DNA of 64,000 bases from Promethearchaeota archaeon. GTDB taxonomy: Archaea; Asgardarchaeota; Lokiarchaeia; Sigyniarchaeales; SOKP01. Positions within the stretch are counted from its first letter, which is position 1. The number at the start of each line of letters is the position of its first letter. The position numbers and the translations under genes are program-made. Positions 47,408 to 56,891 of the stretch are shown here, one piece after another. The notes beneath the pieces are model-generated. The model ran no database searches. It had not been told where the DNA came from and was given only the letters and a program-made list of their open reading frames with translations. The stretch covers positions 8,294 through 72,293 of the forward strand of contig JAGXNO010000008.1 of NCBI GenBank assembly GCA_019894975.1. Reading direction: 5' to 3'.

Positions 47408-48175
47408 ATGTCTTTAGAATTTCTCAATGCTTTTAAATTTATGAAAAAAGAATCTTTTCTACATAATCTAGATCCAAGAACCAAGTTAGTACTTGCATTG
47501 ATTTATACGATAGGTGCATTACTATACAATCAAATTATGCCATTACTCTTTATTTTCTTGAGTTTACTTCCAATAGTTGTATTTGGTAAAATTTTAAAAC
47601 AATGGGTAAAGAGCATTCGTGGTTTATCATTCTTAGTAATTTTTATCATAATATTAAACACTTTATTCATTTCATTATCATTTGCTATAGCAATGGTATT
47701 GAGAATTTGTATAATGGTTTCAGCTTTTTCAATCTTTTTTTTAACTGTAGATCCAAATGACTTAGCCCTTTCTTTGATCTCTATGAAGGTTCCTTATGAA
47801 TTTGCTTTTTCCTTCTCATTAGCATTTAGGTTCGTACCAACAATTGCTACTGAAGCCCAAAATATAATGGATGCTCAACAAAGTAGAGGTTACGAGATGC
47901 AAAAAAAAGGAATCATTAGTCAAATTAAAAACCTCTTTCCTTTATTAATCCCATTAATCATATGTTCAATAAAGAGAGCCTTTAATGTAGCAGAAGCTTT
48001 AGAATCAAGAGCCTTTGGAAGCAATAAAGAACGTTCATATTATTATACCATCAAATTCTCAAAAAAAGATTGGATTTTTACGATTTATCTAATTTTATTT
48101 CTTATAACACTAATCTTGATAAGAATTCAATTCAATTCAATGCCAGATTGGTTTTTATGGAGACTCCCAGTATGA
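47408..48175 (+). CDS. ecfT: ECF transporter transmembrane component (EcfT/CbiQ)
   Basis: Polytopic 255 aa with ALSLISMKVPYEFAFSFSLAFRFVP and the conserved A-x-x-x-R-G-like segment AQQSRGYE. It follows the two ATPase genes. Confidence 0.8.
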   Translation: MSLEFLNAFKFMKKESFLHNLDPRTKLVLALIYTIGALLYNQIMPLLFIFLSLLPIVVFGKILKQWVKSIRGLSFLVIFIIILNTLFISLSFAIAMVLRICIMVSAFSIFFLTVDPNDLALSLISMKVPYEFAFSFSLAFRFVPTIATEAQNIMDAQQSRGYEMQKKGIISQIKNLFPLLIPLIICSIKRAFNVAEALESRAFGSNKERSYYYTIKFSKKDWIFTIYLILFLITLILIRIQFNSMPDWFLWRLPV

Positions 48176-48861
48176 TTACAAGAGAATTCTATATTAAACA
48201 ATTGGAACTAAGATATTTTGTGGCTATAAATCAATTTAACCTTGATTTAAATCATCTATTAGAAAGAAATAAAATAACTAGTGAAGAAAAAGTTTTAGAT
48301 CATCTATTTAAAACATTACAAGAAATCCAAGATAACAATAAAGAATCAGTAATACAGATAATCTGTGATAAATTTATTCTAAACCAGGATCATATTTATA
48401 TTGCCTGTTATTATATGCAAAAAGCATTTTTTCGTAAAACAAATATATCTAATACGAAAAACATTGAACTAATGCTCTATTTATCAACTTATAGGCAAAT
48501 TAGCAAAGCTATTGAAACCGTTGGTATTAATTCCCATGATCTAAAAGCAGGAAATATAATAATCTGTATCATCTCTCCAATTGATAATACCCCCAAAATT
48601 AACGAGGAGATCTTACAGATTCTTAATGCCAATGAGACGGAGTTAACACTAAATAACATGACGAGTGAAAAAATTAAAAAAATCATTGAGAACTATAACA
48701 TTTTAGATTCTCAAATAAAACCGGTTTTAAACTCATATCTTAACAAAGAAAAGAGTAAAAATGATGTAGATAATGAAGTAGAAATCTTATCTTCTGCTGT
48801 GTTTGATTTAATTTGCGAAAAAATGGCACTTCTGAATTTAGAAAAAATAAAGTCGCGTTAA
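48172..48861 (+). CDS. Putative KEOPS subunit Cgi121
   Basis: The ATG at 48172 overlaps the ecfT stop (ATGA). IQIICDKFILNQDHIYIACYYMQKAFFRKTNISNTKNIELMLYLSTYRQISKAIETVGI matches the archaeal Cgi121 core pattern (..hh..A...A...F.....s+sh..EhLLY.SG.RQI..AI...G). By-eye match only. Confidence 0.5.
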   Translation: MITREFYIKQLELRYFVAINQFNLDLNHLLERNKITSEEKVLDHLFKTLQEIQDNNKESVIQIICDKFILNQDHIYIACYYMQKAFFRKTNISNTKNIELMLYLSTYRQISKAIETVGINSHDLKAGNIIICIISPIDNTPKINEEILQILNANETELTLNNMTSEKIKKIIENYNILDSQIKPVLNSYLNKEKSKNDVDNEVEILSSAVFDLICEKMALLNLEKIKSR

Positions 48862-48872
48862 TGTTCTTTTTT

Positions 48873-49325
48873 TTAATTTCCTAATCGAATAGTATCATTT
48901 GGAGCAAGAAAAGAAATACCGCAATAATTTCCTAATACCTCAATCCTAATAACTATATCAGGGTTTTCAAGATCGACTTTATAATCTAGGCCACTTGCGA
49001 TCCGATCAATTAAGTTATCTCTTTCTATGCCTTCATGCCTTCTTCTTTTTAGCACTATTTTAAAAGAATCTCCTTCATTCATAAATTTCTTATGATTTTC
49101 ATGTATTAGATTAGACATTACTTTAATTTTGGTTTCACAAATATAATCAATCGGGATAATTTTTAGGATAAACTGAAAAAAATTGGGATTTTTTTTCAAT
49201 ATTTGTTGAATCTTATGGATTATTTTTTTAGCCTCTATATTACTTAAAGCACCAATTAACCCAGAAAACGATAACTTGGAAATAATTGGATAGTTATCAC
49301 CACACATTAATAGAGTAAACCACAA
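48873..49325 (-). CDS. THUMP-domain protein
   Basis: SFKIVLKRRRHEGIERDNLIDRIASGLDYKVDLENPDIVIRIEVLGNYCGISFL is a typical THUMP C-terminal half. The start codon is uncertain. Confidence 0.6.
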   Translation of the reverse strand: MWFTLLMCGDNYPIISKLSFSGLIGALSNIEAKKIIHKIQQILKKNPNFFQFILKIIPIDYICETKIKVMSNLIHENHKKFMNEGDSFKIVLKRRRHEGIERDNLIDRIASGLDYKVDLENPDIVIRIEVLGNYCGISFLAPNDTIRLGN

Positions 49326-49398
49326 CTCTGTGGAAGCATTCGTTTCATTAAATCGAGAAGTCGAAATTAATAAATTTAAGTTTTTCGTGTGATCACCT

Positions 49399-50061
49399 TT
49401 ATTTAATAGATAAAAACTCTACAATCTGTTCTTCTGATATGCTGCCAATTCTTAAAAATTTTGGTTCTTGAGAAGTGCAGTCAACTATAGTCGTTGAAAG
49501 TCGTGATTTAGATTTGCCACTATCAAGAATTAAATCGATGGGACTTAAAATTTTCTTAGCGACTTCCTCTCCACTAATACAGGGAGGTTCACCGGAATAA
49601 TTTGCTGAAGTTCCAATTAAAATCCCAAGATGTCCCTCATTTTTTAATAGGTTCAAAATACTTAAGATAATTTCGTTCTCAGGAACCCGGACACCTATTG
49701 TATTTTTAAAAGCAGTTATTTCCGGTGGTATGACACTATGGTCCTTTTTTTTTAGTATTAGAGTTACTTGTCCCGGCCAATACCGGTTTGCTAATTTTAT
49801 CGCTAAGTCATTAAATTCTGCTATCTTGAGAACTTCTTCAAAATCCGAAGCGAGTAGTAGAAAACCTTTGTCTCTATCCCGGTATTTAATATCATATATT
49901 CTGTTAATCACATCTAAATTTAAGGGATTTCCTCCAATCCCATAAACCGAATTAGTTGGAAAAGCAATAATTTTTCCCTCGATTATAGTTTCCACTGCAA
50001 TTTTTAGATATAGTTCAATTTCTTCTAGTGTTTTCCCACCTAACTTTACTAAGAATCCCAT
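49399..50061 (-). CDS. tsaC: L-threonylcarbamoyladenylate synthase (Sua5/YrdC/TsaC family, short form)
   Basis: GKIIAFPTNSVYGIGGNP, RYWPGQVTLIL, VRVPENEI and GTSANYSGEP motifs. Confidence 0.85.
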   Translation of the reverse strand: MGFLVKLGGKTLEEIELYLKIAVETIIEGKIIAFPTNSVYGIGGNPLNLDVINRIYDIKYRDRDKGFLLLASDFEEVLKIAEFNDLAIKLANRYWPGQVTLILKKKDHSVIPPEITAFKNTIGVRVPENEIILSILNLLKNEGHLGILIGTSANYSGEPPCISGEEVAKKILSPIDLILDSGKSKSRLSTTIVDCTSQEPKFLRIGSISEEQIVEFLSIK

Positions 50062-50121
50062 TTGATATTGAATAAAAATTTAAGCGTATAATACAAAAAG
50101 AGTATTGAATAAATTTAAAGA

Positions 50122-51063
50122 TTATTTTGGGTATTGGTCTTGACAGCTTAATTCAACATTAATTCGTTCCCAATTATGATCTAATTGTTCTTGAAGCTCT
50201 ATTATTTCTTTTTCAGAGACTTGTGAGAATCGTTTTTGTTTGGAAAGATAATCAACTAATGGAGCTCTCTTTGAAGCATCTATTAAGGCTTTACTCTTTT
50301 TAGATAATGTCATAATACCGTTTTCAACCTCAAATAATATCCACGAACCTGATTTTACAGCTAAACGTGCCACTTCTATTGATTCTTCGCTTTGATATCC
50401 CCAACCAGGAGGGCAAGGAGCTAAAATATGGATATATTTACAACCTTTAATTGATTGAGCTTTTTTAAATTTATCATATAAATCAAGGGGTTCGCTTATA
50501 CTACAGGTTGCAACATAAGGTATATCATGTGCCGCTAAAATAGCTGGGAGGTTTTTCTTAAACCTTTCTTTTCCAAGAGTTGTGGTTGTAGTGAACGCCC
50601 CATGAGGTGTGCTTGAAGAACGTTGAATTCCGGTATTCATATATGCCTCGTTATCATAACAACAATATATGATATTTGTATTCCTTTCTGCAGCACCACT
50701 TAGACCTTGAATACCTATGTCTGCTGTACCTCCATCTCCTGCAAATACCAATGATGTTATTTCGTCCCATCCTCTATTTGGGAACTTATGAGCTTTTGCA
50801 TCGAACGCAGCTTTCATACCTGTTGCTGCTGCTGCTCCGGCCGCAAATGCCATATTAGTAAATGGAAAATTTGGTGCCGTTTTAGGCCATAACCCAATAA
50901 CAACATTTAAACATGAAGCAGGAGTTACAAGTGCTGTATTAGGGCCTAAAGCTTTCATTGCCCATCTAAGTGCAATTTCAAGACCACAACCAGCACAGCA
51001 AGAATTTCCCGGGAGGAAAAACTCTTCCTGACATGATTCTAACGCTTCTTTTAGTTTTACCAT
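50122..51063 (-). CDS. porB: Pyruvate (2-oxoacid):ferredoxin oxidoreductase beta subunit (TPP-binding)
   Basis: CAGCGLEIALR at the N-terminus and the TPP motif GDGGTADIGIQGLSGAAERNTNIIYCCYDNEAYMNTG. Confidence 0.9.
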   Translation of the reverse strand: MVKLKEALESCQEEFFLPGNSCCAGCGLEIALRWAMKALGPNTALVTPASCLNVVIGLWPKTAPNFPFTNMAFAAGAAAATGMKAAFDAKAHKFPNRGWDEITSLVFAGDGGTADIGIQGLSGAAERNTNIIYCCYDNEAYMNTGIQRSSSTPHGAFTTTTTLGKERFKKNLPAILAAHDIPYVATCSISEPLDLYDKFKKAQSIKGCKYIHILAPCPPGWGYQSEESIEVARLAVKSGSWILFEVENGIMTLSKKSKALIDASKRAPLVDYLSKQKRFSQVSEKEIIELQEQLDHNWERINVELSCQDQYPK

Positions 51064-51066
51064 CTC

Positions 51067-52323
51067 TTATTCAACCTCCAATAAACCATCCCAGAAAGTC
51101 CCATGTATAATATCCTTTGGTAACTCCCCGGTTTCTTCTAATTTTATCAAAAATTTTAATTGATTTTTTTGTTGTTCGAGAGAAACCTCTCTTCCTCCTA
51201 ATCCATTGATGATTGGTAAAATTTTAGTTTTCACTTCTGTACCATGCAAAGCTGACTTTACCTCACAACTGACAGGACCTCCAGTTTGAGAACCAAATGC
51301 TGTTGCTCTGTCAATAACTCCAATGACATTAACTTTTTTGACAGATTCTATTATATCTTCTACTGGAAACGGTCGAAAATGCCTCAACTTTACCATACCT
51401 ACCTTATATCCTTCTTCCCTCAAATCATCAATAGCTTGCTCCATTTGCAAGGCTAAATCTCCATAAATTACCACGCCAGCTTTAGCATCATTCATATGAT
51501 ATTCTTGAATTAACCCGTTTCCATAATTTCTCCCAAATTTCTTTTCAAACTCAACGGCAACTTCCTTAATTTTTTCCTTTGCTCTTATGAAGGCTTCCTG
51601 AATTTTCATCCTAAATTCATAATAAAATCCCGAGGGCATTATAAGATTTCCAAACATCATAGGTCTTTTAGGATCCATCCATATATGAGGCCATCCCTCT
51701 TCACCTGGCAAAGGGGGCAAAAATTCATCTACACGATCTTGGTCCTCGATTATAACTGGTTTTGAAGTGTGAGATAGAATAAAACCACCATATGCGACAA
51801 ATTTTGGAAGCAATATATCGTAATCTTCACACACTTTATAAGACATTAAAATTTCGTCATAAATTTCTTGATGAGAAGCACAAAATGAACTCATCCATCC
51901 TGTGTCCCTTTGACTTAGCACATCAGTAAAGTCTGCCCAAATATTCCAAGGAGGCGCTGGAGCTCTAGAAGCAATCGCAACGACAATTGGGAGTCTGGCG
52001 CCTGCGGCCCAATGAATCATTTCATGTGCATAAAATATACCTTGACCGGATGTTGCGGTAAAAGTTCTGGTACCCGCTTTACTAGCACCAATTACTGCAG
52101 CAAAAACACTATGCTCTGATTCCATTTTAATATATTGAGTTCCTGGCATTTCTCCTTTATCTGCAAATTCCGATAGCTTCTCCACGACTGTTGTTTGAGG
52201 GGTTATTGGATATGCGCTAATTACTTGCACCCGGGATGATTTTGCAGCATACGCAGCTGCGACATTCCCTTTAATAATAATAGTTTCGCGTTCCTGTATA
52301 AAGTCATTTTGAGCTTCAACCAT
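51067..52323 (-). CDS. porA: Pyruvate (2-oxoacid):ferredoxin oxidoreductase alpha subunit
   Basis: GNVAAAYAAKSSRVQVISAYPITPQT and TATSGQGIFYAHEMIHWAAGARLPIV. Confidence 0.9.
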   Translation of the reverse strand: MVEAQNDFIQERETIIIKGNVAAAYAAKSSRVQVISAYPITPQTTVVEKLSEFADKGEMPGTQYIKMESEHSVFAAVIGASKAGTRTFTATSGQGIFYAHEMIHWAAGARLPIVVAIASRAPAPPWNIWADFTDVLSQRDTGWMSSFCASHQEIYDEILMSYKVCEDYDILLPKFVAYGGFILSHTSKPVIIEDQDRVDEFLPPLPGEEGWPHIWMDPKRPMMFGNLIMPSGFYYEFRMKIQEAFIRAKEKIKEVAVEFEKKFGRNYGNGLIQEYHMNDAKAGVVIYGDLALQMEQAIDDLREEGYKVGMVKLRHFRPFPVEDIIESVKKVNVIGVIDRATAFGSQTGGPVSCEVKSALHGTEVKTKILPIINGLGGREVSLEQQKNQLKFLIKLEETGELPKDIIHGTFWDGLLEVE

Positions 52324-52660
52324 CTACATCACTCTCTCTTTTCATTTCAATATTATTTGAAGGGCATTCTTTGGCACAAATACCACAACCTTTACAATAA
52401 TCTAAATTTATCTCAAAAGAACCGTCTTCTTTCTTTTTAATTACTCCTTCAGGACAATACATCCAACAGATGCCACATTGATTACATCCTTCCAAGATTA
52501 TGGGTCTAAATGTTCTCCAGTCACCTGTTGTACCGATACTTCCATCAATTGGCAAAGATATAGGAATAGGGGGTAGTTCTTCCCAATTTTTATATTCTTG
52601 GAGTTTTGGACGTTCTTCAACAGACTTATTAATTTTCTCCCATTTTTTAGATTTTGTCAT
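52316..52660 (-). CDS. porD: Pyruvate:ferredoxin oxidoreductase delta subunit (2x[4Fe-4S] ferredoxin)
   Basis: CNQCGICWMYCP and CKGCGICAKECP cluster motifs. The gene overlaps the porA start. Confidence 0.85.
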   Translation of the reverse strand: MTKSKKWEKINKSVEERPKLQEYKNWEELPPIPISLPIDGSIGTTGDWRTFRPIILEGCNQCGICWMYCPEGVIKKKEDGSFEINLDYCKGCGICAKECPSNNIEMKRESDVDG

Positions 52661-52662
52661 TA

Positions 52663-53241
52663 TTATACCTCCTTTACCGTTTCAAATGCTTCCTTTGCCA
52701 CACTCATATTTTTTTCTAATCTCCCCTCTCCAAATTCCTTTTTTATGACTTTTTCCATAGTTTCAAGATTGTAATAACCTGTAATCTTTCCAAATGCTCC
52801 TAACATAGGAATATTTAGAATGGGCCCACTAGAATGCATAAAATCTTTTCGGATACAAATTCCTGTTGCATCAACAATGTAAATTTTAATATTTTGAGGA
52901 AGGTTTGAGTTATCGATAGGTTCTGCACTATTAGCAATTAAAGTCGTGCCTTCCTTTATAGAATCTTTTATTTTTGGTATATCCAATAATGAGGTATCAA
53001 ACATTAAAATATAATCCGGATTTACAACACTATCATATGTTTTAATAGTTTTACTTCTTGATATTTTCGAAAATGCTTGTATGGGGGCACCTCTTCTCTC
53101 GGCACCGATTATAGGGATTGCTATTGTATCCTGAAAACCTTCTTCAAATGCCATTTCAGAGAGTAATTGACTCGCGGTTATGCATGTTTGACCACCTCTA
53201 CAGTGCATCGAGATTTCTACAATTTTTTGTTCTTGAGACAA
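52663..53241 (-). CDS. porG: Pyruvate:ferredoxin oxidoreductase gamma subunit
   Basis: HCRGGQTCITASQLLSEMAFEEGF...AERRGAPI is typical of the gamma subunit. First gene of the porGDAB order. Confidence 0.85.
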   Translation of the reverse strand: MSQEQKIVEISMHCRGGQTCITASQLLSEMAFEEGFQDTIAIPIIGAERRGAPIQAFSKISRSKTIKTYDSVVNPDYILMFDTSLLDIPKIKDSIKEGTTLIANSAEPIDNSNLPQNIKIYIVDATGICIRKDFMHSSGPILNIPMLGAFGKITGYYNLETMEKVIKKEFGEGRLEKNMSVAKEAFETVKEV

Positions 53242-53483
53242 ATTTAACCAACTTATTAATTTTGATTTCTTCTATTACAAATGAACTAGAATTCTTATGA
53301 TTTTTCTCTAATAATTGCAATATTAAACAATAATATAGAGTTTTTAATTATAATTATTATATCTAAAAATAAGGTTCTAATAAATAGTTTATTTTCTAAA
53401 TTCCGTTAATTTGAATTAATGTAGAGAAACATTAAAATAGTATAAGATTAATTTTATGCTTAATTATTTTTTATATCATTCTT

Positions 53484-54053
53484 ATGACTGAAGAAAACAG
53501 GAATAGCGAAACTGTATATTCATTTAAATGCCCTTCATGTGAATTAGGTACGATTAATGTAGTAAAGAGTATATATGATCTATCTGATGGGGATCAAATG
53601 CTCATAATAAAATTCGAATGCGATCATTGCAGCTTTCACAAAAATGATGTGATTCCTTTGACAACTAATACAGAGCCAGGATTAAAAACCTTAAAAGTGA
53701 CTAATGAGGAAGATCTTAAATCAAAGATTTATCGTTCTCCTGTAGGAAAATTAGAAATTCCTGAGCTTGAAGTAATGGTTGAACCAGGACCTAGAGCAGA
53801 TTTTTATTATACTAATGTAGAAGGCATATTATATAGATTTGAAAGTGCAGTTTTAATATATAGAAATAGTCTCGAAGAAGGTGACCCAGAAATTCCTGGA
53901 ATTGAAGAAATACTAAATAATTTAAGCAAAGCATTAGTAGGCAAGTTTGAATTTACATTGAAAATAACTGATTTTGGTGGAGGGAGTTATATAATCCCTA
54001 AGGATAAATCAAAATATAAATTTGAAAAACTTGAGACTGAAGAATCAGAATAA
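53484..54053 (+). CDS. ZPR1-type zinc-finger protein (single ZPR1 module)
   Basis: CPSCELGTINVVKSIYDL...MLIIKFECDHCSFHKND is the ZPR1 CxxC-x(25-30)-CxxC motif. It is followed by the beta-rich A-domain. Confidence 0.7.
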   Translation: MTEENRNSETVYSFKCPSCELGTINVVKSIYDLSDGDQMLIIKFECDHCSFHKNDVIPLTTNTEPGLKTLKVTNEEDLKSKIYRSPVGKLEIPELEVMVEPGPRADFYYTNVEGILYRFESAVLIYRNSLEEGDPEIPGIEEILNNLSKALVGKFEFTLKITDFGGGSYIIPKDKSKYKFEKLETEESE

Positions 54054-54122
54054 AGATAAAATATAATTTTATCATAATAGTTTATTATTAAACAAAGTCA
54101 TATTCTAAAATTAGTGATAGGC

Positions 54123-55277
54123 ATGGGAAACCAAATTAAAAAAATTGGAATTTTAACTGGAGGGGGAGATTGCCCTGGATTAAATTCCGTGCTCTATGGA
54201 ATTATGTTAAAGGCTTATGATGCAGGGATTGAGTGTATTGGTATCCTTAAAGGATGGAAAGGATTTATAGACAATGAGTTCATTAAACTTGACATCGCAG
54301 ATCATGATGATTTGCATACTGTTGGGGGAACTATTTTATATACCAGTAGGACAAACCCTTTTGAAGGTGCAGATTCAAAAGAAGAGAGGGCTAAAGAACT
54401 TACAAAGAAATTTGAGGATTTGGGAATAGATGCTTTAATTGCTATAGGAGGTGACGATAGTCTTGGGGTAGCTAGTATGCTCTATCAATTTGCGGATGCA
54501 AAAGTAGTTGGGTGCCCAAAAACAATTGATAACGATCTGGCAGGAACCCATTATACATTTGGGTTCTGGAGTGCTGTTCAATTAGCTTCTAATGCAATGG
54601 ATAATCTAACAACAACAGCCCGTTCACATCAGAGAGTATTTGTAGTAGAGGTTATGGGAAGAGATGCCGGTTTTTTGGCTATGTATAGTGGCATTTCTGC
54701 GGGAGCAGATATTATTTTAATCCCCGAAACTCCGTTTGATTTAGAAAAGGATGTTATTGACGTTCTAAAAAAAAGAGTTAATGCGGGATATAGCTATCAT
54801 ATTATAGCTACATCTGAAGGCGCTTACCCAAATGCAGAGTCTTTAGATAGAGATTTTAAGACTATATCAAAAAAAAAAATAGATAAGTTGCCTAAAGACA
54901 CTTTCGGTAATCCTTTATTGGCAAAATTAAGTATGTCTAAAATAATTGTTGATGAATTGAATTTGAGAGATGACTTAAAACAAGAGTTTCAGAGGAACGG
55001 GGTGGTATTTGAATGTCGGAACGTAGTACTTGGCCATACTATGCGTGCGGGAACACCAAATTCATTTGACAGGATATTAGGCTTAAGATTTGGGTTAGCA
55101 GCTATGAAACTTGTGTTGGAGGGTAAATTTGGGAATATGGTATCACTCCAGGGAAACAAAATAGAAACAATTCCTCTTTCAGAAGGAGTAAAAAAGAAAC
55201 ATATTACCCCAGAAAACGATAAAATGGAATTACGTGATTTACTTGTAAAAATAAGATATCTTAGCAAACAAAAATAA
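54123..55277 (+). CDS. pfk: 6-phosphofructokinase (PfkA family; ATP- or PPi-dependent not resolvable by eye)
   Basis: IGILTGGGDCPGLNSV, IGGDDSLG, GCPKTIDNDL, MGRDAGF and LGHTMRAG motifs. Confidence 0.85.
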   Translation: MGNQIKKIGILTGGGDCPGLNSVLYGIMLKAYDAGIECIGILKGWKGFIDNEFIKLDIADHDDLHTVGGTILYTSRTNPFEGADSKEERAKELTKKFEDLGIDALIAIGGDDSLGVASMLYQFADAKVVGCPKTIDNDLAGTHYTFGFWSAVQLASNAMDNLTTTARSHQRVFVVEVMGRDAGFLAMYSGISAGADIILIPETPFDLEKDVIDVLKKRVNAGYSYHIIATSEGAYPNAESLDRDFKTISKKKIDKLPKDTFGNPLLAKLSMSKIIVDELNLRDDLKQEFQRNGVVFECRNVVLGHTMRAGTPNSFDRILGLRFGLAAMKLVLEGKFGNMVSLQGNKIETIPLSEGVKKKHITPENDKMELRDLLVKIRYLSKQK

Positions 55278-55298
55278 TTAACTAAAGTGATTTAGCTT

Positions 55299-55559
55299 AT
55301 GGGTGAAATAAAAGGGATTCTTTTTGCTATTACTGTAGGAAAAGGGTCAAGATCGGAAGGACCTAAATATTTTATTAAACCATTAGATGATTATAAAAAC
55401 AGATGGTCAGAAATCCTCGTTAGGAAAAAGACGCATATGTGGGAGAATGATCCTGAATTGCATAAGTATCTCGATAAAGAAGTGTTGATATCTGGGGATA
55501 TAATCGAGACCAAGAGCACAATTACAATTGACTATTCGAATGTGAAAGCATTAGAATAA
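55299..55559 (+). CDS. Hypothetical protein
   Basis: 86-aa ORF in tight co-orientation after pfk. No recognisable motif. Confidence 0.3.
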   Translation: MGEIKGILFAITVGKGSRSEGPKYFIKPLDDYKNRWSEILVRKKTHMWENDPELHKYLDKEVLISGDIIETKSTITIDYSNVKALE

Positions 55560-55601
55560 ATCATCATTAGAAAAAATCTAATAAAAGGTGGAAATACTCA
55601 A

Positions 55602-56591
55602 TTGCATAAGCAAATTCAGAATTTAGCTCACAAAATTTTAGAGTTAAATCCCGAACCTATTCCAAAATATTTAATATTACGAGATATCTTAGAAAAAGAT
55701 CCCAAGCAACTGACTGAGTTGAAAAAACAGGTTCTACAGTCTAAGTGGGTAATCGATATTTTAGACGAACAGCGAGAGAATGGCTCATGGGGACGATTTC
55801 ATAGCCAAAATACTAAGTTAAAGCAAAAATATGTTACTACCGAAGTTGCTCTCCACCGTTGCGCAGTGATGGGATTAGCTAAACAGGATCTCCCAATCCA
55901 AAAAGCTATAGACTACATGGAGAAAGTTTTACAAGGAAATATTGTATGGGAAGATGGGCGTGAAAAATCGGAAGCATGGGATGCGGGTGTAGCAGTAATA
56001 ACTGCAAGTACATTAGCAGAATGGTGTCCGAATCATTCTCTGGTGTTACCAATACGAATGATGTGGCAAGATATTGTAAAAGAATCATTTGAAAATTCTC
56101 AATACAATCCATCTCTTGAAGTAGCAGCACAGCAAAAATATCATCACATTTCATCAGATTTTTACTATATAGGATCCCTATATGCCGTTAGGCTTTTAAG
56201 TACGGGAAAAAATGAGAAAGAAAAGCAATTCTCCCGTGATTTTGAAAAAGTTTATCTCAAGTGGTTATGGACTCGAGAATCAGGAATGGGTTATGTATCG
56301 CAGAATCGTTTAGCAGATCTACCTGTGGAGGTAACCTATAAATCAATAAGATCAAAACTAAAAGCCTTAGAATTGTTAGCAGGTTTTTCCAGCACGTCAT
56401 CTATATGCCAAGATTTCATTCAGTGGTTATGGAACAACCGGGAAGAAGATGGTTTATGGGATTTCGGACCTAAAGGAGCTGAAAAGATTGAATTACCTCT
56501 CTCAGAAAACACTCGATATAAAATAAACAGAAAAATCGATTATTCAGTCAGAATTCTCTCAATCTTACATAAAGTTATAACTAATCAGTAG
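55602..56591 (+). CDS. Hypothetical protein with prenyltransferase/terpene-cyclase-like (alpha-alpha toroid, QW-like) repeats
   Basis: LDEQRENGSWGRF and NNREEDGLWDFG resemble QW / squalene-cyclase repeat motifs. TTG start. Weak assignment. Confidence 0.35.
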   Translation: MHKQIQNLAHKILELNPEPIPKYLILRDILEKDPKQLTELKKQVLQSKWVIDILDEQRENGSWGRFHSQNTKLKQKYVTTEVALHRCAVMGLAKQDLPIQKAIDYMEKVLQGNIVWEDGREKSEAWDAGVAVITASTLAEWCPNHSLVLPIRMMWQDIVKESFENSQYNPSLEVAAQQKYHHISSDFYYIGSLYAVRLLSTGKNEKEKQFSRDFEKVYLKWLWTRESGMGYVSQNRLADLPVEVTYKSIRSKLKALELLAGFSSTSSICQDFIQWLWNNREEDGLWDFGPKGAEKIELPLSENTRYKINRKIDYSVRILSILHKVITNQ

Positions 56592-56710
56592 TTTTTTATC
56601 AACGTAATTTTTAAAATTCTTTGAAGGATTAAAGATTATTAATTAAAGTTGTTTTTTTGGATTCCTGAAAGGACAAATAGATGTGCTTTGAGGAAATACT
56701 TGTGAAAAAG

Positions 56711-56734
56711 TTCGTGAAACGCATCTTTCACGAA
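56711..56734. repeat. Perfect 9-bp inverted repeat with a 6-nt spacer, followed by a T-tract
   Basis: ttcgtgaaa cgcatc tttcacgaa followed by gatttttgtg. It lies in the 300-nt intergenic region upstream of the MFS transporter gene. Confidence 0.8.
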
Positions 56735-56891
56735 GATTTTTGTGTAAAATAATTAGGAATCATTCACCACAAACTCCAAGTTCAATTGTAGTTCAACAAT
56801 CTAAACTATAAATATCATTAATTTTTTACTCTATTAGGATATATTTCTTGTAAATCTTTATAAATTCAAAATTTTAAAAGAAAATTTACTT

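Noticed and set aside
48070-48171. Upstream extension of the Cgi121-like ORF to the ATG at 48070
   Set aside because: It would overlap the last 100 nt of ecfT in another frame. The ATG at 48172 gives the common ATGA stop/start overlap, and the conserved region lies downstream.
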